NCBI GenBank assembly: GCA_050084985.1
Contig: JBITNC010000001.1
Location: 149,048,001-149,112,000, forward strand
Source of the DNA: Nageia nagi
Taxonomy: Eukaryota; Plantae; Pinophyta
Direction of reading: 5' to 3'
Length of the DNA stretch: 64,000 nt
A model generated the notes under the pieces. The model saw only the letters and a list, made by a program, of their open reading frames with translations, did no database searches and was not told where the DNA came from. Of the stretch, positions 37,913 to 49,200 are shown one piece after another. A program made the translations under genes and the position numbers. Every line of letters begins with the position of its first letter. Position 1 is the first letter of the stretch.

Positions 37913-38879
37913 GATCACAGCACCACCAGTCCATCATGCAGAGCTTGGCTGTGTATAGAATGAAGTTGTGAGTTGTGTGATGGAACTTTATTATTAGAAA
38001 TTTTCAATCTATCAATTCTAAATTTGAAATTTTTGAATGTGGAAATGTTACATTTGATAGTTATTAATTGGTAATTAATGCACCATTGACATGCACACTA
38101 AAGTTCACTATGGCATGCAATAATTTTTTAGAGGGGTATTAATTATATATCAATATATATTTTATAATATATTAAATACAATAATCTATATATAATATAT
38201 TTTTTAATTTTAAAATTAATTTTTGAAGGGTAATTTTAAATTTAATGTCATCCGTAAATGATGAAGGGCAAATTTAAATAATTGAATTTTTTTTTTTATA
38301 GTTGATTTTTTAATCATCCTTATTTGAAGGGTAAAAATGCCTTTGAAGGCCATTGAAGGCTTCAAATTTGATCCTTGCTCCCCACCAATGTGAACCTTGT
38401 CCAACTCCTTTTCGACACACCCACCCATTTTAAACTTTGACCCATTATTTATATGCATTTTGATTTGATACATTAAAATATATATAAAAAAATTAAAATT
38501 TTAAAATAAAAAATTTTCAATTTTAAAAATAATTTAAATTTTTAAATTAAAATTAAAAATATGGGTCAATTACTTAATTAAAAAAATTGCAAGTGTATTT
38601 TTTGAATAAAATACACATTTGAGCTTTGATTTGGATGATTATTTTTCCACTGGATCCATAATTTTGAAGCTTATAAATTGAGAATAGCGTAAATTTGATT
38701 GGTATTTTGAAAATAATTTTTTCTTGAGAAAAGATGTGTGAAAAAATTGTGAAGAAACACTTGAGTTTTGAAGATTTTACAAAATGCATTACCTTGTGAG
38801 TATTGTTGGTGTTGTATTGATCGATAAAGAGAATGATCAAGAGTGGTTTAGAAAACTTAAACATACCCTCATTTTTAAT

Positions 38880-40919
38880 GATTTTTGGGCTAACATTTGT
38901 GATGGTGATAAACCTTCTAACAAACTGATTGATGCTAAGGAGATTATGATTTAGAACCATAAAAATATGAAGGCATATGCTTTTATTGTTGCTTTTTGTG
39001 AATGAAGAGGTCAATCACCACATTAAATCAATTGATGATGTATGGAATATCTTAAAAAAGGTGAAAGACTTGTTTGACTCCCATTCTAAATTGAAATTGA
39101 TCTAATTACAATTGAAACTTTTCAACCTTGAGTTGAAGGATAATGATCCCATGATGTTGATTTTAGAAATCTAAGCCATTATGATGACATTGATTTCACA
39201 GGTGTGAAGATAAACATTGATCTTATATCCTTGATTAAGGCCCTCTACCCAACATAGTAGAGTGTGAGAAAGCTTTTAGAAAAATAATTATTGAACCTAT
39301 TGGAGATACCTAGTATGTTGCCCAAAAAGGAAAAAATATGCAATATGATTCTTCTAGAGGTGAAGGTAGCACACGTGGTCACGACATAAATAATAAAGGC
39401 ATGGGAAAGATCTAATCAAGGTGACCATGGAGAGAGATCTAATCTTCATTGTCCTCAATATGTCGAGAATGGACATGATTCATAATCCTATTAGACACCA
39501 TGGGAAAAAATCAAATATGAACATGAAAATAGGGAGTTAAAAGATGAAAAGAGTATGAACTCTAAAAACACTCATTTTGTTATTACCGAGTGCAATACTA
39601 CTATTGAGGATTTGCTCAATACTTCATGTGCATCATGGGAAGATGTATGGTTTCTTGATATTGGTGCTTCATGTCACATGATCTTTAGGAGAGACTTATT
39701 TGAGGAGTTAAATGATAACATTAATGGGGCAATATACTTTGATAAAAGATCCAACATTAGACCTTTTAGAATTGGAACTATAAGACTCAAATTGCCAAGC
39801 CTTCTAGATTTTGTTCTTCATGATATTTTCTATCTTTCAATTGATAAGGAACTTGCTTTCTCTAGTCATAATTCATCAACAAGGACATTCAATTTACATG
39901 TTCAACGACAAGGTAGAGATAAGGGAATATTCTAATAATAAGATTATGATGATTGGAATGGATGATAAAAAGCTACTGAAGCTAAAAGGAACTTATATTA
40001 GGTATAAGAATTATGCATTTTTAATTCATCAAGAAAAAGGAACACTTCCATCTAGTCTTTTGATTTGGGCACCTTAATTATGATGACCTTTGTTTGATGA
40101 AGAAGCGAGGTATTAATGGTTTTCTTACAATTACTAAGAACATAGAACCTTGAGAGGCATGCATCTTAGGAAAGCACCATAAGCAACCTTTCATTGATTC
40201 AAATGGAGAGCATGTAAAAAGCTTGAACTCATTAAATCTAATTTATGTGGACCCTTTCTTATATTATTTACTATTTAAAATAAATACATAATAACTTTAT
40301 TTGATGATTATAACATGATGTGTTGGGTGTACTTGTCAAAGAATAATTTTGCTGCATTTTTAAAATTCAAATGATTTTATGTTAGCATAGAAAAAAAAGC
40401 AAATACTTGTATTGGAATACTTTGTTTTGATAATGGGGGAGTATACTTCAAATGAATTCAAATCCTATATTTTTCAACATAGAATTAAACATCAAACTAT
40501 TATTCCTTATAACCCATAATAGAATGACATAACAAAAAGGATGAACAAAACACTCTTGAATATTGTCTATTCAATGTTATTTTCCAATAAAGTGAAATTG
40601 ATATTTTGGGGTGATGCAATTCATCGTGTAGTCTATGTGAAGAATAAATATTTGTCCCATGCTCTTGAAAATCATAAGACTCTATATGAAATGCACATTT
40701 TGGTTGTCTTCTTTCACTTGGGGATCTTAGGGTTTTTGGTTCCACTTGTTATTCTTTGATTCCTAAGGAATAAAGAAACAAACTTGGTATCAAGAGTCAT
40801 AAATTGATTTGAAAATGGAGTGGTAGAAGATTAGATTTCATATAATGATAATAATGTTGATGATATGGAATGTTCCTTTTATTATGAGTTGAATTTATCT
40901 ACTAAATGAAAGCCAACTT
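38880..40919 (+). pseudogene. Copia gag-protease-integrase (degraded)
   Basis: KNMKAYAFI..VNEEVNHHI..IDDVWNILKKVKDLFDSH (UBN2-type gag), CCHC-like knuckle ~39447-39495, WFLDIGASCHM, MNKTLLNIVYSML...FWGDAI..VVYVKN (integrase). Confidence 0.85.
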
Positions 40920-43900
40920 TGTAATGTCCCCAATTTGTAAGGTTTCACTCATTTTTGGTTTTAAGATGATTACATCTTGTACAAGCTAGGAATGGACATT
41001 TAAATACTTGGAATGGAAAGAGAACCTCATGAAAATCATTTTGATAGGGTATATGACTTACTTTTGGTAAGAAATGAGAAAGATATGGTAATTTGAAGTT
41101 AACCCTCTATGCTAATCTACTCATATCATACGTGCACGAGAATCTATGATTTACTCTCATTTGAGTGTGACATCCATCCTCTAAGGATGTGCAATTGATA
41201 TTTAATTAATCTAAATGATTTATATTTAATATGAAATATTTTAATATGATTCCATTTGGATATCCTCCAACATGGAACATAGTACTTTATGAGTCATTAT
41301 TCATTATTTCTATGTAATAAATGGGCCATAGGTATTTATGTGCCAATAATACTTGTAATTTTTTGGCCACTTGTAATACATGATTCCAAGGCACATTAAT
41401 AATTGTGAATGCAATATTATTATCCTTTAATGTAATGTTTCATACTTGACCATTGGATCTTATAATTTGGCATCCCTCGATAAGTTTATGACTCCCACAC
41501 TTGGAGTGGGGCAAGGATAGATCTATGGCATTTAACTCAAGCAACCATGATGATCCTGAGGCACCTAAAAATTTTCCCTTCTTGAATGTGGAATTTTTTG
41601 GTCCTTAGATGTGATTACTCCCATCTCGAGGTACCTCAATATTGGACGTGGGAAAAGTGAGCACATGGATCAACCCCAAACACTATTGGATGAGATTAAA
41701 TCAATCCCAACACATGATTAGAAGAAGAAGATACCTGTATAAGGAGTATCCTTGGAAGAAAAACATATTTATATGATTATAATTATTCTTATTCTCTTAG
41801 TTAGGGTTGTTCCTTTCATGGGTCCATGTTAGCAATGCGAAGTGCTTGAACTCTAGCACAACTTCAAGTTTATGTAGTGCTTTCTTAAGGGTTAATGAAC
41901 CTCAAGGATTATAACTAGATATTCAGGAAGTGTTTGCATTTCCCTTGGATTATTAGAATACTACTAGTGTATCTATGAGATTCCACCATAACTACTAGAG
42001 GAGGAAGCCCTGGTGCAAACCTTGCCACACTATGAGTCTCTGCCTTGGGGCATTGGTCTACACTACATTGTCATTGTAATAGAGGTTACTATAATTCTAT
42101 TCTTTGAATATAATTACTTTGACCATTGCATGATTATTTTGCTATAATTTAATGGCATTTATCTCTTAATGTTGGATGTTGGACTTGGAGTGTAATTTTC
42201 ATTATTAAATTCTTGTAAATGCTCTATAATTGCAACATTGGAATACTGGAAGTCTTGCATGCTTGAATTTCATATTTTTTTTCATTATAGCTAGATGATG
42301 GGTTATTGGAGAAGTTTTGCAACTTTGAATTCATATTTATCAATTCTAGGTAGATGTTGGGCTTCTTATGTAATTTTGGGCTTGTTTGATTAGTTTCAAG
42401 GTTATAAAGGCAAATTTCCCTCTCTTAGGACACATTTGAGGAGTGAGCCCTAGTATTTCTCATTACAGTGGTATTAGAGCCTTGATTCTACCATCTTGGT
42501 GGAATCAAGGACATCACACACAAAGGATTTTCTAAGAAAGATGAAGGATATTTCTAGAATTATGAAGAGTTTAAATATTGCCCTTGTTAATGGGTAAGAA
42601 TTACCAAGGAGTTGTTGAAGAGTTTTGGCTATCTTGTTGATAGATATGGATAATTCTATCCCTAGAAGGTGGACATTAATGGTTTAGAGGTGAAACTACT
42701 AGATCGAGATACTAGAAGTGTGACATTGAAGGACAAGGAGATAAATCACACTCTTTTGGCTAGATGTTGGACATATTTTGATCATATTTTTGAATTTAGT
42801 GGCTCTCAAATGAACCATTCAACTCGATCAAGGTACATTTCTAAATTTTTTACATTTTTCTATCAAGTTTGAAGTTTATTAGCTTGAATCTAAGGGTTAA
42901 GGGGTAGAGGAGGTTCATTTGTGCTAAAGAAGCCTAATTTGGATAGTTTTTTAGAATTTAGAGGCTGACATAGGCATTCTAAAGCAAGTTTTAAGACTTG
43001 CTTGGCATTTTGGGGCTATTTGGAACTAGATGTTGATATTATATAACATTTTGAACTAGACATTAGTATTATAGAGGTATTTATAAGATCCATTTTGCAT
43101 TTTTAGACCACATGAGGCCATATGTTGATATTTTGAGGGCATTTTTTAGGTTTACTCTACATTTTGAGATCACCCAAAGGAGGACATTGGCAAACTAAGG
43201 GTGGTTTTTGGAAAATATGGTATTCTAGGGCATGTTTTGAGGTGCATTTGGAAGTTAGTGACCATATGAGGTTCTATTTTGGAGTTATAGAGGAATTTTG
43301 GGGTCTTTTAGAGGTAGAAAGGGAGATGTTGAGCCACAAGCTTAACTTTTGGTAATCAAGCATTTGGTTCTAACCTGAGACTAGTTCATTTCATGGAATT
43401 ACCTTGTAATTTCAAGGATAAGTAGTTCTATTTAAAACTATGGATGGAGAAAAGGTAGGAAAATGGCTCGATACAATTCAACAAATATTGGCCATAACAA
43501 GTTCACCCAATGAGACTTGTACACTTGCAAAAGAATTAAGGGCTGCAAAATTAGAAGAGCTACAAAAGGAGCACAAGATAAGATTAGAAAATTATAAGAA
43601 GGATGTAGAATTCAAGATATTTGTGGACTTTAATAAAAATAAGCATCTACTAAAAACATCCATCGTACTCATACTGCAAACTTGGAAAGAATAAACCCAC
43701 CAAATTGAGGAAAAAGCATACCACCATATAAGAAGGAAGAGGGTCAATAACTTCCAGAAAAGGACACCCATTCTAAAGAGATCAAAAGTGAATCAACTAC
43801 CATAGATTCGATCAAGGTCGAGCTAACCTACACTAAGGAAAACCTCATGGAGGTAAGAAGGAAGGAACAAGTAGCACTCTTCAAGGTATCTGAACTAGAC

Positions 43901-45531
43901 ACATAATTGAAGACTGCTAGAAATGAACTACAAATAAAGTACCTATCATTTGAGGATAAATTACAAGTGAAAGAAAAATAATTATCATTCAGTCAAAGAT
44001 GTAGTAAGGAGGCAGGGAGGGATTTAGATAGGTTGACAAGATTGCAACAAAAGTATAAAACATTGGAAGAAAAATATAACAAAGTTTATAGACTTTTAGA
44101 AGAAATAAGAGAGGAGAGTTTCAAATGGAAAAGGAAATATGAACTAGCCCAAGTGTCATTACAAGAGGCTATGATATAATAACAACAAACACAACATAAG
44201 CATAAAAAATTCAAAGAGGAACATAAAAAAAATTGTGCCTTCTTTGAAGGAAAGAAAAAGAAGTGACACTTTTGGCATCCATAGGCATCTATAGTCTCAT
44301 GGCTACCAAGAAAGAAAGAGCACTTAGAGCACCACCATGGCATGATGGATTAGCATTCAAAGTTGTGCAACAAAAGCATGAAAAAATTTCTCCAAAAACA
44401 AATTATAATATCATCTTAGCAAATGTTTTAGCATTGCTTAGGGACAAGCAATTTGGAAGGGAAAACTTGTATTGTCCCCAATTTGTAAGGTTTCACTTAT
44501 TTTTGGTTTTAAGAAGATTACATCTTCTACAAGATAGAAATGGATGTTTCAACAATTAGAATGGAAATAGGACCTCATGCCAATAGTTATGACATGTTAT
44601 AGAACCTACTTTAGATAAGAAACAAGGAAGATATGGTACTTTGATGTTTACCCACTGGGCTAGTCTGCTCATATCATGTGTGCAAGAGAATCTATGATTT
44701 ACTCTCATTTGAGAGTGACATCCATTCCGTAAGGATGTACAATTTATATTTCATTAATCTAAGTGTGATTTATATTTAATTAGGAATATTTTAATGTGAT
44801 TTGACTTGGATATCCTCCAACATGGAATGTAGGACTCTATGACTCATTATTCATTATTTCTATGTAATAAATGGGCCATAGGTATTTTTGTGCCAATAAT
44901 ACTAGCTATATGTTGGGCTGTTGGAATGTATAATGCATTATTGTAAAGGTTTGTATTAATCCTCTTTTTAAATTCACTAATACTTAAGGGTATCATTAGA
45001 TACCTTAAGTATTTAAGTGAATATTATAATGTAACTTGTACTACACTTCATGTCATGAGCATGCCCCTTGGGTAAAAGGGAGTGCATGTCATGCCTTTAT
45101 ACATTGGGTAAAAGGGTGATCCAAAGAGGGATTTTGGCCTATAAATAGAAGGATCCCTCTTTGTTATCACACACCAACTTGTGGAGTAAAGTTATGCTAT
45201 AGGATATTGTTTAGGAGATGAGATTAGGAGAATTGTAAGAGATTCATGTTTGTGAATGAAGTAAGTTCTAATTAATGGATGTACTCCTAGTTGGAGGAAC
45301 CACTTTACATCTTGAGTTATCTTTATGATATTGTCTTATTTTGGGTTATTTAGATGTGAGTTTGAGCTTTCATAATATCTTGGTAGTTTATAGTTGTTTA
45401 TATTTTATTTCAACTCTCACATTGGATTCTTATGCAATTTCAGGCTTATTTGATCAGTTTCAAGGCTATAAAGGTAAATTTCCCTCTCTTAGAGCATGTT
45501 TGAGGAGTGAGCCCTAGTTAGGCTCATTACA
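40920..45531 (+). mobile_element. Non-autonomous Gypsy (chromovirus-like) LTR element nested in the Copia pol
   Basis: TGTAATGTCCCC...CATTACA ends; LTRs 40920-42467 and 44468-45531; PBS tggtattagagc at 42469-42480; PPT ggaagggaaaac before 44468; TSD aactt/aaatt. The Copia reading PT|SFKKA resumes across the insertion. Confidence 0.88.
44919..45421 (+). repeat. Solo LTR inserted in the Gypsy 3' LTR
   Basis: TGTTGG...CTCACA ends and TATA (ctataaatag, ~45139). Removing it restores collinearity with the 5' LTR (atgttgggc|ttcttatg). TSD degenerate (tgggc/ttgga). Confidence 0.7.
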
Positions 45532-47790
45532 AAATTCCTTTAAAAAAGCTATTTCTCATGATGTATTGAAATAAGCCATGAAGGAAGAATATAATTCTCT
45601 AATCAAGAATGGGACATGGAAGTTGATAGGTCCTCCTCATGGAACCAAACAAATAGGTTGTAAGTGGGTATTCAAAAATAAGTACAAGTTAGATGACTTA
45701 CTTGACAAATATAAAGTGAGTCTTATGGAAAAAAGTTTTACATAGAAAGAGCTATTAATTATGATGAGAATTTTTCTTCTACAACAAAATGGGGGACCAT
45801 TTATTCTTCATTGGCCATGTTAGTTCATTATGGATGGAAAGTTCATCAAATGGAAATGAATACAACATTATTAAATGGTGATCTAAAAGAAATTGTATAC
45901 ATGAAACAACTAGAAGGATTTATAGTGAAAGGTTAAGAATAAAAGGTAAACAAACTCATCAAGTCTTTGTGCAGCTTAAAGCAAGCTCCTTGCACTTGGT
46001 ATGAAAAGCTTACTAAGCATATTTTGAAAATTAATTTTGAGCACTATGATCTTGATGATGTAACTTTATTTATTAAGGAAGCTAACAATGTTATTGTATT
46101 TCCTATGGTGTATGTATATGATCTCTTGATAATAGGGAACAATGAAGGATACATTAAATTTGTGAAATAATAATTGAAGAAAGGTTTTGAAATGACCAAT
46201 ATGGGGATATTCACTATTACTTGGGTGCTGACATGAATCAAACATCTAATTACATATTTATTTTTCAATGAAAGTACATTGAAAAATTATTGAATAAATT
46301 TGGGATGCAAGATTGTAAACCTCTTTCTACTCTAATGGAACAACATTTAAAGTTTCAATCAATTGAAGGGAATCAATTTAAGGATGCTAATAAATATAGA
46401 CAACTCATAGAAAGTATTATTTATCTAACCATAACAAGGCCATATATTTCATTTATGGTTGGAATCCTTTCTCAATTTATGCACAAACTAATGGAATTGA
46501 AGGATTCCATAAACAAAGATCTCCTTGAAGTTTCTCCAACAAATATAACATTCATCCATCTAGCAAAGCAATAAACAATCACACAAAAGATAACATATCA
46601 TGTATAGTGGTTCCTCCAACTCTTGGGAGTACATCCAATTTGAACCATTCTTTTTATTAATTTATCATAAGATAACTTTCCTACAAATTCTCAAGAATTA
46701 TTCTACAAAACTTCTACAAAAGAATTCCTACAACTCTACAAGACAAGCATTACCATTATTTTTTAAAGTACATAATGAGAGAGGTATCTCTCTATTTATA
46801 AGAAGAAACCCACTCTTTAACTTTACTTTAACCCAAGGGTAAGGTTAAATATGTTTCCATATTTATTCCCCTTTCTATATTTATTCCCTTAATGCTTTAA
46901 GGTATCTAAAGATACTTTAAGCATTAAGTGAATTTACATTAAAGGGAAATATTACACAATATTACATTACAATTTAAAAAAAAAAATGTGAAGGAAACTG
47001 GACAACAACAATGAGAGTCCTTAGATATTTGAAGGGGTCTCTAGATTTTGGAATCAAATATTCTAAGATGAGATACTTCAAAATATTTAGATATTTAGAT
47101 TTAGACTTTAATGGAGATAAAGAGAATGGAGTTTCAACTTTAGGAAGTCTCATTTATCTAATCACAATAAGGCCAAATATTTCATTTATGGTTGGAATCT
47201 TTTCTTGTTTTATGCAAAAATTATGTGAAGGACATTGGACAACAATAAATATAGTCCTTAGATATTTGAAGGGAACTCAAGATTTTGGACTCAAATATTC
47301 TAAGGTGAGAGACTTTAGATTGATTAGATTTTTAGATTCAAATTTTGATGGTGATAAGGATAATGGAGTTTCAACTTCAAGCTATCTCATGATTCTTGGA
47401 TCAAAAAATATCTCTTAGAGGTAATGAAAATAATCCATTCCATCAAATTCCACTATAGAGGCAAAATATGTGGTTTTTACAAAGGAAAAAAAGGATATTG
47501 TGTGGCTTAGAAAGATACTATAAGACATGTAGGAGAAATAAGTGTAACCAACTCCATTTGTGATTGAAAACACTTTTGCAATATAATTGGATAGGAATCC
47601 TAAATTCCATGATCAAACCAAACATATCAACATAAAATTTCATTTGATTCAATATCATGTAGAAGCCAAGAAAATATTTCAATTGAGACATTTTCCTACT
47701 AAGAAGCAAACTGCCAACATCTTCACCAAAGCACTTAGATGAGAAAAGTTCGAGAAGTCCAAAAATATGCTTGAATTACAAATACCCCTT
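45532..47790 (+). pseudogene. Copia reverse transcriptase-RNase H (degraded)
   Basis: AMKEEYNSLIKNGTWKL, IGCKWVFKNKY, SLKQAPCTWY, VYVYDLLIIG, KYRQLIESIIYLTITRP, FHDQTKHINIKFH. Confidence 0.9.
46489..46979 (-). repeat. Solo LTR inserted in the Copia RT, related to 44919-45421
   Basis: Interrupts FMHK|CEG.W. TATAAATAG on the minus strand at ~46792-46800. Shares a ~50-bp hairpin segment with the 44919 solo LTR. Ends degenerate. Confidence 0.7.
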
Positions 47791-47806
47791 CAGATTAAGG
47801 GGGGAG

Positions 47807-48054
47807 TGTTAGACACCAAATCCTTAGGGATTATGGTATATGATATAGTAGTAATACTTACTATATTTAGTAAATTTGGCTATAGGAATTTACTTGATTT
47901 TTAGAAGTAATAAGGGAGTGTATATGAAGAGTCCATGTGTAATCCAAAGGTATCCCATGGAGGTGACTATGTAAAGTCACTTTGTGATGTATTTATTCTT
48001 ATATCATATCCAACACAATATTTTTTTTCCTTAGAGTTATTTGAAATTTTTACA
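47807..48054 (+). repeat. Copia 3' LTR
   Basis: TGTTAGACACC...TTTACA after the G-rich PPT, followed by cctac. Confidence 0.9.
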
Positions 48055-49200
48055 CCTACTAGGATGAACATAATCAACAACACTTGCACCCTTACCATCA
48101 GGAAAGAAAGTAAATATGACATTTGAAAAAACAAGGGATTACATTATATGTGTAAAGGTTATGTGACTCTCCCATATATAGAATAAATTATCCATATGTT
48201 GTGATATAATTGTCTCCATTAAGTGAAACTCAAAGCACACCCAAATCCTTGAGGTCGATCTTTTGGAGACAAAGCAATCCTCTATAAGGCCTTGGATAGA
48301 TACTTGTTGGACTCTAATGTGAGCATTAAAGTTAGAAATAAGAGATCTTAAAGTAGAGGTTAAGAAATAGATCATTATTTGATATGTATGCAGAAAGAAG
48401 AAGAGGCATGGGGAAGTAACACACTACAAAGAATACATTTGTGAAGGGATTACCTCTAAGAAACAATAACCACATATGCTTGGAATGTACATACGAAACT
48501 AGTAAGGATACAATGAGACAAATATTATCTCAAGTAAGTCAAGTGACTCCATTAGGGCATCAAACACCACCTAATGTATAAGCTTCACATCGATAAGATG
48601 AGAGCCAAATGTAGCTAGTGATAAGAGGGAGGACCTCTTATCACTTTCATAGGCCTTAGTGAGGAAAATGATATCTTGAGAAGTTATAAAATCTTGGAAG
48701 GTTCCAAGAGAATACCATAATAAACCATTATGATTCTAACATGCAATAGAGAATTCATTAGCCTTAGTAAAGACATTAGGGTGGTATCATTATGAAGGTA
48801 CAAGATGTGACCATCTCAGAGGGGGAGAGGCAAGAATGATAACCCAATAGTTGTAAATGATAACTCATTTATTCTCTTTTCTGGCACCATGATAAAAAAA
48901 ATTGGCTTTACAAAGATTTTCCACTTGAAGTTCTATGAGGTCAACATATAAATAGATCTTATCAGGAAGATAGAATAATTTCCTCTTAACTTGTAAAGCT
49001 TGTAGGCATTCCCTTGTTCATTGAAAATAGATGATAAGAGTTTTGTTCAGGATAGTCCAAGCCTTGTTAAGAGTGGTACCTTTCAAATCCAAGATCTTCT
49101 ATAGTGAAATGTGACCAAAATGTAAAGGGTTGGTTGGTTTTGGAGGATTGTGAACTCAAAGATAGAGTACCTTAGTGTAAAGCATATTTTCCTCAAATTT
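48055..49200 (-). mobile_element. 5' part (endonuclease) of the LINE interrupted by the Copia
   Basis: Minus strand: SQDIIFLT (DII.L.ET motif, ~48655-48685) and GASVVDYV (~48065-48090), which joins the ..DH.. motif left of the Copia. Confidence 0.65.

Larger units (their letters stand above)
34566..48054 (+). mobile_element. Full-length decayed Ty1/Copia LTR retrotransposon with nested insertions
   Basis: LTRs 34566-34814 and 47807-48054 (~249 bp); TSD cccac/cctac; PBS TGGTATCAGAGC at 34816-34827; PPT aagggggag-type ending 47806. Domain order: gag (~38880-39500), protease WFLDIGASCHM (~39650), integrase (~40200-40800), RT (~45540-47400), RNase H (~47400-47790). Confidence 0.92.
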
